NCBI GenBank assembly: GCA_964364455.1
Contig: CAYIMR010000001.1
Location: 2,403 to 66,402, forward strand
Direction: 5' to 3'
DNA from: an uncultured Planctomycetales bacterium
GTDB lineage: Bacteria; Omnitrophota; Gorgyraeia; Zapsychrales; Zapsychraceae
DNA length: 64,000 bases
Shown here: piece after piece, positions 47,501 to 59,500 of the stretch
Numbering within the stretch: position 1 is the first letter of the stretch
How the letters are laid out: every line of letters begins with the position of its first letter
Program-made: the position numbers and the translations under genes
The notes under the pieces: generated by a model
Told to the model about the DNA's origin: nothing
Databases searched by the model: none
The model's input: only the letters and a program-made list of their open reading frames with translations

Positions 47501-50500
47501 GAAATAGAGGCTGTAGCTGTTATCTATGCCGACGTTAAAATCTATGGAAAGATCGTTGACCTTGTTGAGGTATTTTCTGAAATTGTAAATGCTGTTGCCG
47601 GGTTTCCAGTTGAGGCCGACGCCGGCGAAGAGCCGGGTCTTGTCCTTTTCTGACAACTCCTCGTATTGCCTGAAAAGGTTGTCGATAAACGAGTACGGAT
47701 CCGTATGAATGGCCTCTGCCGATGCCTTGATAAGGCCGTAACGGGCCTCTTGCTCAAAACGCTTCTGGTCGGCATCGCCGCCCTTGGCCTGGTTGAGTTT
47801 TTTCTCTGCCTTGGCCAGATCTTTATGAAGCCTGGCTATATCCTTGATGATGCGGGCTTCTTTATGCAGGGTTGCCAGCAGCCGGGCAACCTCCGGGCGT
47901 CTGACCACATCCGCGGTCTCAGGCGCGGCCTTCGCCAACTCTTCCATGCTCTTAAATGCCCCTGCATTGCCGTCTCTGAGACGATCGATGTCCTCGGAAA
48001 TCTTGTTGATCTCTGCCTCGAAAAGTCCGGCCTCCTGGGCCCCCTGCAATAAGACCTCCCTGATTGTTGAAACGCCGACAGATTCAAGAACATCAATGGC
48101 CTTAAGCTCAGCGGACGCTTCGGCGAACCGGCCCGTCTCCTTGAGGAAATTATCGTATAAACCGCCGTAGACGCGGCCCATGACGTCCGCGGCAGCCGCC
48201 TTCGATTTCAATAACCGCGCCTCATAGGCCTCGCCGCTCGCCTCGCCCAAATCAGAATCCGTAAGCTTTAACCTGAACAGATAATGCGCCCCTCTCTTTT
48301 CTGCCCCGGCAAATGCCCCGGCTGTTCCGAGAACCGCGCCCGGCTTGATCTCGCCGCCCTGCGTGATCTCAACCGCGCCCAGATGGCCGAAGACCTGTTT
48401 AATCTTGATGCCCTCCTGGCTGGTTGACTCGACGGTAATTTCATAACCGCGCGGCCCGCGCTCGACGGCCGTGACCCTGCCGTCCAGGATGCTGCGCACG
48501 CGTGTCCCTTCCGGCACCACGTGCTCGCGGATGCCTTTCTCATAAGGAATAATCTTATAATCCGGGGAATCGCGCACCGCCATCGTCTCTGAGGTCTGTG
48601 ATTCCAGGAACCTCGGCAGGTCCACTTTTTCCTTGTCGCCGCCTTCCAGGAACGGACTCACCGGATGCCTAGAGAAGATAACGAGACTGCTTGTCATGCT
48701 GTCCGTCCCTGTGGCCTTATTCACAGTCCTAAAGAATCCTTTAAGGATCCGGCCAAGGGCATCGTTGTCTTTGATAATATCCTTGTCCGATATCACGAGG
48801 ACCAGACCCTTTCGGGCGCCTTCCTGATCTTTCAGTCCCTTCCTGGCTAAAATGTCCTCAATGCTGGCCTTTAATGCCCCGGGCAGATGATCAGCCGGCT
48901 CAATGCCTTTGTCTGTGAGCTTCATCAGGCCGCCGTCTTTTCCTTTGAACACCAAATACGGTTCCGGCATATTCAGGCCGGGCTCGCCGGAGAGGCGCAG
49001 GGCCTTGCCCTCAACCATCAATGTCTCAACAACAGGGAATATAACCTCTTTGCCGGACTCCTTCCTGGTCAGCCTGACCCTCTCTTCAATCGGCAGTTTA
49101 TATCCCGCCTCGGACGGGACATCGGCCGGCGCAACCGGACGTTTGCCCTCGGCAGCCATCTTGCGCTCAGCCACGCTGAATTCGCCCGTCCCTGACAAAT
49201 ACTCCGTGTAGCCTGCGGCTTTATCCTGGACAAAGAGCCGGCCGAGCTTGTCCTTGTCAATGTTTTTATACATGGCGATGATCTTCCTGACGTAATCCGG
49301 CGTTTCGTGGTTGCCGCTGATCTGGCCGTTAACCACCTTTGGATAATAGCTGTCGGAATGATCCGGCCCTGCGTTATATCCGGCCAGGCTGTACTGCAGC
49401 AGCTCTTTAAGCGTAGCCTTGGGATACCTGCGGCTCATCTTTTCCATAACCTCCGCCAGATAACTCACGCCTACGGTCACGTTCTTGCGCGGGTCAAAGA
49501 CATCCGGTTCGTACGGCCAGGCCTCGGGGATAACGCCCTCGCGCGCGAGACGCTGGACCGTCGCCTCCCACGTCGTGGCAATAATCTGCATGAGCCCCCT
49601 GGCGCCCTTGGGGCTGACGGCCTTCGGGTTAAACCGGCTTTCCGCGTAAACCGTCGCAAGGACCAATTTGTTAAAATCATCAAAGCTGAAGCCGAATTTC
49701 TTCTCCATGTGCCGGAATATGGCGTACCTGCCCCAGGCCTGCTTCTTAATGGGCATGAGGATATCTTCTTCAAACGACTCGGCGCTCATGACCTCATTCT
49801 CCGCCGCAGCCTTCTTGGCCTTTTCTGCGTCGGATTTCCGGGTGTTCATGCGCTCTATGTCTGCGTCCATACTGTTGAGCGCCTGACGGACGGCGAATTC
49901 CTGGGTCTTCATATCCCAGCGGCCCGTCTCCTCGATCCCAAGGTTTTTCTGCATCTCTTTCACGCGCTGTTTCAGGGCTTCCGTGTAAACGTCCGCGTTG
50001 GCCTCGGCGTCATGCTTAAACGCCATCATCTGCGCCATGTTTTGATAAACGGCCTTTTCATCGCCGGCCGGTTTGTTCGCCTCGGCGAGCCTTACGATCT
50101 GGCGGATGTGACGGACCTGCCAGCCTTTGTCACCCGCGTCAAACGTCTTTGTGTTGCGCCGGCCGAACTCCTCGGTCTCTTTCTTCATGCCCTCAAGACC
50201 AAGCATCTCCTGCTGATCGGCCAGGCTTTGCAACTGCTCTTTGATCCGCTCTTTCTCCCGCGCGTTCTCCGCCAGTTCCATCTGGGCGTTGAGCTTTTGC
50301 CGTTGTAAATCCATCCTTGCCTTGTCCTGTTCCCCGGCGGAGACCTTGCTCACCTCTGCCTCCAAATCCTTCTCGGCAAGATGAATGGCAGCTAAGTAAA
50401 ATTCTTTCTCTTTTCTTTGCAGCGTATTCCGCGCTTGTTTGAGCTGTTCCTTCGCGGCGGTGGAATCTTCCTTTTGCTGTTGAATGCGGTTGACTTCGAG

Positions 50501-53500
50501 TCCGGCCTCGATGATCGCTTTGCGAAGATCCCTTAACTCCGGCTGGACGTCTTTGAGCCTGGCCATCGCGGCTAAAAGCGCCTTTCTTTCTTTCATGGAA
50601 GGATCTGTCCGGCCTTCATATTTTGCTATGATCTCTTTTTCCACGAGGATCTGACGGTCTTCCTTCGTAAAGACATTCGCGTTCTCATCCCTGCCATGCG
50701 TCCTGAAGAAAATTTTGGTCACGTCCCTTAAAGGCATCTCATCGACCGGATAATCCGCTTCCCTTAACATCTCTTTGAGCTGCTTGATATCTTTCCCGTA
50801 TCCGAGGGCGAGGTTAAACCGGCCGAGGGAAATTTCCTCTTCTGCCGAGGCAAGCGCCCGGGCCGAGTCAAGGATTTTCTTCTGAAGCGCCCCTGTCTTT
50901 TCTGTCAGCGCCGCGGCCTTTTGTTCCGAATCCCTGGCATCCTTTTCCGCCGCTTTGAGTGCCCTGGCCTTTGCCTCGAAAGACGTCTTCAGGCTCCACT
51001 GTATTTCCCGCAAGCGGCGGTCTTCCGCTTCGTCTTTGTCGGCTTTCTTCTCACGCGCCGCCGCGCTTTCTTCCACGGCGGTAATGATCTCCTCATGGAG
51101 GCTTCGAAGCTCCTGCTCTTTCTGGTGAATTTCCTCCCGGACCTTAATCATCGCGTCCTCTGCCGGAGTTTCTGCTGACTGGGCGGCGCCTTGAACAGGC
51201 AAGGATGCGTAAGATTTCTTATACAATTCACTGAGCTCTTTAGTGACGCGCTCCGCCTGCATCTGTTTTAAGACAATCGTCTCATCGGGCGTTCTGTCCG
51301 GCTTATTCTGTAATTTCTCGATTTTCTTCACTAAGTCATTCTGTGTAACAGCTTCCATCATGCGGGACAGCTCGCCCTGCATCTCCATCAGCCTGCCTTT
51401 ATGCTCAACATCCAGCGTCTTGCCGTTCTCCAGCTCCTGCATCTGACGGATAATGTTCCTTGCCTTGGATCTTTGATCATAAGGCAGCGCATCCACCAGC
51501 CCCTCGACGCCCTGCCGGTTCTGCCCGCCGGAGGCGAGAGAAGCCATCGATCCTTCGCGCATCTGAGGAAGCTCAACGCCAAACCGGCTTAAGGCATGCT
51601 CATTGGCAAAAGACGTTGCCTGGCCCGCGGCCTCCTCGGCCACGCCAAAGATATCCTTGCCGATGTTCAAGATGCCTTTCGGACCTTCGAGGGCCTGCGT
51701 CCAGACATGGAACGGCCCGCCTATCAATTCGCCGGCAACGGTCACCGCGTGAATCTCTGCGCTGATGAGCCACAGGCCAAGAACACCTTCCCAGAACCGC
51801 CTCGCGATTCTAAGGTTAAACCAGATGTCTGCGGAAACAGATTCGCCGCTGCGATACGCGTCATAAATGCGGATGAGATTGGCAAAAAGACCGACGGAGA
51901 TAAGGTATAACGTCTTTGCCACGGCCTGCGGATAATACCGGAGGGTTGTTTTAAGGCGGGCGATTCTTCTTTTTGCCGCCGGAGGCGCCCTTGGCTGCTC
52001 AACGCGCATTTGAGCGCTCAGGGCATTGAATTCCTCCTCAAGGATGTACCGCAGGTGCCTGCCGGTCGTATAGAAAATTTTTCCTTCCCCTGCGTAAAGA
52101 ACCTTGAATACAGATTTGACATAATTTTCTCCTTGACCGCTCAACTCTGCCCCTGTCTTTCTAAACGCTCTTAATTGGGTAATAACCGCCCCTGCGTCAA
52201 TATCCATACTCGTGCGTTTCTGCAGTGTCTGTTTGTAAACTTCTTTGATCAAAGGACGCAGATTCATGAGCAGGGCTATGACAATCGTATGGAAAATCCC
52301 ACCGATCGTGAAAGAAAGTTTCAAACCGCCCTCGCCGACAAAATGGGCAGCCTGGACTGCCTTCAGCGGCGATACGAACAGCCTCAAGAGATGTTCCAGG
52401 ACATCCCATTGAATAAACACCCCGCCCAAGAGGTATGCGCCGGCGCCGGCGGCGAGGATACCGCTAACGATATACAGTGTCAGACGGGACGCTGTAAAGT
52501 CGACCATGCTGGCCAGCATGGGCACCTGCCACCACAGCGCGCGTAGCCGCCGGCTGAGCCAGCCAATCACTCCGGCTTTCATCCATCCGGATCCGCTCCT
52601 GACCTCAGCCACAACGCCTCGAATATGGTCTTGCGCGGATACCTTCTGCCTTGTGGTTCTTTGCCATGAATCGACCAGTTTCTCGAACCAGTTATCCTGT
52701 AATTTCAGTGCCACAAAGCCAAATCTGCCGGACGGTTTCATGGCAAAGAACCACCAGAAACTATGCAACAACATCTCCCCTGCGCCCGTCAACACGGCCA
52801 GCGGCATAGAAATCGTTCCGTACCGGGAATAAAGCCTGCGGGTGTATTTGATTTTGGATTCACCTTGCTGCGATTTCTTAAACATCTTATAAGATTCTTT
52901 AATCAATCTTAATTCGACCTCTTCCTGTTCTGCCGCGGAAAGGCCTGCGAGCAAATGAGCGTTCTTACCGGAAACCGCCGGCTTGACCTTTTCCTTCCAG
53001 GAAGCCGTCTCGCCACTCCACAGCCTCCAGCCGAGGACCGTGATAATGCCCATGAAGGAAAACAGAACCATGCCCAGCGCTATAAGCGATGTGACCTCAA
53101 AAGAGAATATGGAAAAGAGCACTGCCGGAAGCCATGAAAAACCGACAGCGGCGGTCATAATACCCGCAAGGAGCCCTGCTGATAAGATGCTGACGGCCTC
53201 TCTTGAAAGAAATCTTTCCTTCAAATGTCTCCATCGCCCGGTCTCTTGTGCCCCCTGCACTTCCACAGGACTTGAAACGCGCATCCCTGCGGCTTTCTTC
53301 TCTCGTCCCTCGTCCTTCATCCTTTGTTCCCCAACCGGGCTGGAAGCAAAAAGCCGTGGTGCTGGATTTGCAAACTCCCCGCCGTCTTTATCCAAACGTA
53401 TCTTCTCAAATCCTCTTCTTCTTAAAATACTGGCTATATCGTAGGCAGTCTGCGCGCATTCGTTATCGACAGAGAATCTGACCGCGTCGACATAATAAAT

Positions 53501-56500
53501 CACACTGTCTAACAGACTCGTAAATATGCCCTGTCCTTCGACATTGTATTGCCTCATATCAAAGCCGCCCAAATCAAGAATATTCCTTCCTTCTTCACTT
53601 CTTAGGCCAAAAAGTATATATGGATGCTCCGGCAGGGTACTTTCTTCCGGAAGTCGTGTATAAAGTTCCTCTTCGACAGAAACAGCCTCAAGATAAATCA
53701 CTTTTTCATTTCCCCATAACTGGATGGAAACAATGACGTTATATTCCCTCCCATCCTTTGCCGTAAACCTTGCGCCTTCGAAATATTTTTGGATCATCTC
53801 TTCGGTTATTCTTGCTTTTTCTGCTGAAGTTCGTTTTCTCACGGGGCTGGAACTCTTCACCGGCGAGGAGGCCTTGTCTTCTTGATGATCTTTCTTTTCT
53901 GCCGTATCCTGCATCTTGAACAATGCGCCTTCTTGCGTCTCCTTGGAACCCCGTCTTTCTAACACGAAAAGAACTGCCTTGGATACAACAGTAAAGACAA
54001 CAAAGACGAATCCGTAATAGGCGCGCGGATACAGGGACCGCAATGCCCTGAAGGCCGCTCCCGCCACAATGACTGAAACCCCCGTCCCAAACATCCCTTC
54101 TGTAAAGAAATAGCCCCCGGCCAAAAGGCTGGTCAGGCTGAAACCCCCTCCATAAACGCGCAATAGGATCTTCAGGCCCGCAAGAGCTGAAATCACAGGC
54201 AAAGACAAAAGTCCGAGGATAATCAAGAACGCCGCCGCTGCTGCCTGAAGCCTGTTGGCAATCAGGCTCTTCCATACGCCGGCCACGCGGCCTATCCCGC
54301 GGCGAGAGGCGCCTTTCGAATCAACAGGGCTGGAGGCGTTTTCAACGATAGACAAAGGATGAGGGATAAAAGATACGGCCATCCCTCGTCCCTCATCCTT
54401 CGTCCCTCGTCCTTCGTTAATTGAGCGCGCTGGTTGAGGTTCGGTAGCGCGGAATTCGCTTGTCACTAAAAGCTTCACAGACAAGTTGCTGGATACGGCT
54501 TTCGCTGAAGCCATCGAGTTCTTCCCAGGTTTGGTTGATACCATTGCGTTGGTACGCACGGTTCTCACCGGTGAGAACAAGATAGACCTTAAGGCGGTTA
54601 TGATCTTTGTCTTTTGCTGTAACAATGACGCAATTCGACGTGGGAACGTAGACAAAATGCTTGACTTCAAGGTTTGCACAGCTTGTGTTAAGTCGGACCA
54701 TGACAGACCTCCTTTGTTTTCGTCGCTCGTCGCTCGTATTTCGTATTTCGTAACGGGACGAACAACAGAAAGGGCATGATCAGTCCCAACCAAAACACCG
54801 GGACCAACCAGACCCTTTCGATTAACCACTTGATTTAATTTATCCTGTGCCCAAATAACTAAACGAGATACGAGATACGAGATACGAGATACGGCATTAG
54901 GTAAGCGGGCAAAGTAAGCAGCAAGCAGCACGGATAATAAGGCGATCAGGATCGTATTATTATCCATATTGCCTTTTAAAGCGGAGACAGACGGAATAAT
55001 ACTGAAGAGGGCGGTTAAACCCCTGGCGGTATTCGCGTTAACTCCTTCGGACACACGACGAGAAACATCCGAACGCTCACGCGAATCTTGAAGCGGTAAT
55101 CCAATCGGACTTGCGGCTGCACTAAACCAGCTCTCCCTGGACTCGCGGCTTCCAGCTACACCTTCAGAAGCTTCACGTGCTCCAAGGACGTTTCTGTATT
55201 GATCAACAAGGCCTACATTCGTAGAACCTTGATTGTATCCAACCCTATCAGCAGCATTGCCGTTGATTCCAATAGTCCTTACATCTATAACTACGGACCA
55301 GAGAACCTCAACAGCTTCGTTCCTGGTTAAGGCCTGCCCTACTTCTAATCCAGCAGACACTCCAAGAACTCGAACGATCCTATACCCATCATTTCTGATG
55401 GACACAGACCGCGCACTGCTTTTTCCACTTATAAGAACCACATACTGAGCTAATCCAGACCCAACTGTCGCAGGGCCAGATTCAGAATTCTTCTTATCAG
55501 CCAATTCTGAAATGGCTTCAACTTCACCAGCTGTCCTATATTCACGAGATCCCTTCCTGTTAACCAGGACGAATTCGTGTCCATAGTACTTCAGCACTTG
55601 CGCTACTAACTCCGCTACTTCTGCCAACCGTCCTCTAACATATATATATATCAGAGTAGATTGGGTACTTCTGCTGCTATTCACTCCATTCGCCACTCTT
55701 ACTGCCTGAGACACACTTCGAGAATCAGCTACTCCTTCATTTTGACCATTATGGCTTAACCCATTATGATCTGATGAGTTAGAAACATACACTTCTGACT
55801 TCTCTACTGCAAACACCACTTCTACTGTATTCTTTATCCGCTCTCCTGCCTTTTGCACTGCCTGATCCACTGCGGAAGTGGACGGCAGCTTCCAAATGCC
55901 CGGACTAGGACCGCTTCTGCCAAAGTTTGTACTAGTGTCCTGAGAAACCTGCCTGATTGGGTTATGTGCCCTGGAAACTTCTTCCTTTATATCAGGAGCC
56001 TCACCAATGCTGTTTTTCTTAATCTGGGCATACCAATCATTATGACTTGGGGCCTTTTTCACCACCTGGACTATCGGAACATCCCCAACAACACGACTGG
56101 GCGGAATGCCACCGACCGCTATTGCGGGGATGGCGGTAGCAGGCCGATCATCCCGGCCAAATGGTAACGCATCTGTTCTGGTTCCCGTATCCGCCTTGGT
56201 CGTCATAGACCCACGATCAAGCTCGTAGGTTCCCTTGATATTGCCTTTCTGATCGATCTTAAAAGGTGTCTTTCGGTCACGAGCGAGGCCAAGCTGCATA
56301 ACAGGCAATGACAGGATAGGTGCGATAACTGGCGTTCCAGGACCAAAATCTGGCGGCATAATAATAATAGGTGTTGGCGGAACAGGCAGTATGGCCTTCT
56401 CTGGGGCTAAAGAAGGTGTCATGGTCTTGAGTGCCGGCTGACCGTCAGCGGCTGTTGTTGCGGATGATTCCACCGCCGCTGACTCTTTATTCTTGCCCGA

Positions 56501-59500
56501 GAAAAACTGTTTCAAATCTTCGAAGAATTGCCCCACCCCGCGCAAGAGCGCCGGCACAGCGTATAATTCCTTCATGCGTTGCGCCGTTTCCGCGGCTTTT
56601 CCGGAAACTACCGGCGAAGAGGCGCCGCCTTCAGCCTCAACCAGCGAGCTGGCTACCTTGTTTCCATCAACCTGCAATTCCCCAATTTCAGAATCGAATT
56701 CAATTATCCTGGTTGCGAGGCGGCCCTCGTTCATGTATTCCGCGTAATTCCCTCCTACCTCCTTTAGCTCATCCCTAACTACATTGACAAACTTATCAAA
56801 GCCGTAATCTTCGCTGGTTTCATTTAAAACCAACCGTACCTTTAAATTATTAAGGCCAGCCCCTGAACCTTTAAATTTATTTAACATCACGCCATTAATA
56901 AAATTCTTCGTATATTTTTGCATCTCGGCCGCAGAAGCCATCGAAAGAGGAGGGGTTAAATGCCCTAAAACCGCAACTTTATTATTGAGATCATATACAA
57001 GAACTCCCAAGCTTCCGGCTAAATTCCGTGTGGTTAATTTCCCCTTGCCTGTTTCGGCACCCCCGACAGGAACCTCAACGGGGAGAAAAGGAGTCACCTC
57101 ATTTACCGCCTGCTGAATCTTTTGATTAAATTCCCGGATCTCTTCTTTAGTGATGTTTCCTTCCTCCGCGCGTAAGCGCCGCTTGCGAATATCCTCTTCG
57201 GAGTCAAACTTGATTTGTTTTGTTCCAATGTCATCAATGACCCTTCTTACCAGCATCGCGGCGGCCACAGATGCCTTGATGCCATCTCGCAAGAAACTTT
57301 GTTTTTCACGGCCATCCAACAAACCCACATACAGTTGTTCATTCGCCTCAATGTTCTGTAAGGAATCTCTATAGCTCGCCTCAACCCGCCTGTTGGCCTG
57401 CTGGAGCATGCCTTCATAAAAATCCTTTGACCGCGTTTTCACATCCACCAAACCCAACAGATCAGATACGACATTCTCCCTTTGAGCAAACAACTCTTCG
57501 CTGCCGATGTATAAGAAAGCGAGGGCGTTCATTAACCTATCCTTATCCTTCTGCTCAATCTTACCGATATCTTTTCTCTCCTGATAATAAGTCCTATTAA
57601 TAACCTTGTAATCAACCGGCCCTAAGTCTGTTTCCCATCTGCCGTTTATAAGACCGCGCGTATCATCGGGCAGTTCCGCGACAATAACAACATCAACATC
57701 TTTCCACAGGCTGCTTCCATGGGCCGCGGCATACACAATTTCTGCCTTTTCACCTAATTCCGCGCGCACATTATTCGGGACAATTTCTTTCAACCTTCTC
57801 TTTTCAGCTTCGGTCATCGGGCTGGAGGCGCCCTTGGACTGGGCCAAAACAATTCTTCTTTGCGCCGCGCTGGTATTTTGCGCCTGACGAATCATCCATT
57901 CTCCAATGGCTTGCTCAGGGGCCGTCATCTCTTTGCCGGGTAAACTTTGGATTTCCGTCGGCGTGAAAGGTTCAGCCTCGGCCACCATGCGGTTGAGAGG
58001 GATCTTTCCCTCATTTAATAACTGATAAGGCTTAACCTCCTTATTTTTAACCTCTTCCCCTTTGGCATCAGCGCGTCCTTGACCATAGGCAATGTCCCTA
58101 TTATCAATTAACTCAGCTGGCACACCTTTTAGCGGTATGCGCACAAAACCACCTGTGACAGCCGGCAATGTTTCCGTATGACTTGTTAATTGGGAAAGGT
58201 TGAAATTCCCCTGGGACCTGATCTTCTGATATTGCTGCGAAGAAATCTTCAATATATTCGCGTCCCGGGCTTCCACTTTAATTTCATAATCATTCACCCG
58301 TTCTGCCTTAAGGCCTATTGCTGTTGCCTGGATATTTCTCCCCTTGGCATCCTTGATCACCGGAACAGGGATATCCGCGTATTCGCTATTAATCCTTTGA
58401 CTATCAAAGGCAACCTCATAAAGATCGCCGGTAACACGGTCAACGAGATGGATTTCAGGAGCCCCCGCCTGAGGAGATACCTTTGATCGGCGCGGCATTC
58501 GCACAACCACTTCCGGCTGTGCAATGGCATATTCAACAGGTGTTAAATTATCCGGATGATCAAATTCCTGCCGCATAACCCTTGGCAAATTATGTTGAAT
58601 GTATGCGCCCACATCCATTGATGTCTGCCCAATAGCCTCTTGAGCGACTAAATCAGCCACCGTTAACTGACGGTCAATGATCTCATCACCGGCCTGACGG
58701 CCATGAACATTTGAGATGGCCCCGATATTATTGCCATCCAGGCGATAAACCAGGATATCCTGGTTAGCGGCATCCCAAACAACAATGCCATATTCGTCCG
58801 AACCCGGCCCCATCCTTGAAACAATGGCCAAATTCTCCGCAGGGCGTGTACGGGCCACCATATTGATGAAGGCCTTATAGTTATCATTACCGACAAAAAT
58901 ATTCTGTTTACCGGGTATTCGAGAGCTTGTATAACTCGCCTGGCTGGCAATCATCGAATCAATAATTTTCTTTGCCCCGGGGATATCCCCAAAATCAACC
59001 GCATCATAAAACGCTTCTTCTGTCTCTCCGGGGATCTGTCCTGAATACCCTTGCGAGAGAGTATCAAACCCGAAGTCCTCTATGCCGATAACCTTTGCCT
59101 CACGGATCGCTTGTTGCATATCCGGCGTATACGTCGCAACCGCGCTCATCGGCGCCGTCTTGGATTCTTTCAATAATGGTTCTCGAATTTTTATTAACCG
59201 TTGGTTCACTGTCTTATCTGTTCCCGGAGCGTCCGGCCTTTTTAGCGCCTCCTCGACAATCGCCTGCCGCGTTTGCGGCAATTTGTTGCTGAATTCACTT
59301 AATTGGACATACTTCCCTGCCTGGAGAGCCTCGCTATAAAGATTATCGGCTATTTGCTTGGCTTCTGTTAAATTGACTTCTGCCCCACCGGTATAAACCG
59401 GTGAAATACCCGCGTAAAAATTCAAATCCCCTGCCCCAAAGGCATCCACCTTCTCTTTTAATTCCGGATGCTCTTCCGCGATCTCTGTTTTAATACGGTT

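Noticed and set aside
48250-48650. Calling the LytM-like module an active M23 metallopeptidase
   Set aside because: The HxxxD and HxH catalytic motifs are not recognisable (GAHYLFRL instead of GPHLHFE). It is more likely a non-catalytic LytM/EnvC-type domain.
15553-54890. CRISPR array among the short direct repeats (15553, 15845, 16545, 54385, 54721, 54858)
   Set aside because: The repeats are 7-8 bp units in immediate tandem without spacers, and most lie inside coding sequence. Nothing here resembles a CRISPR array.
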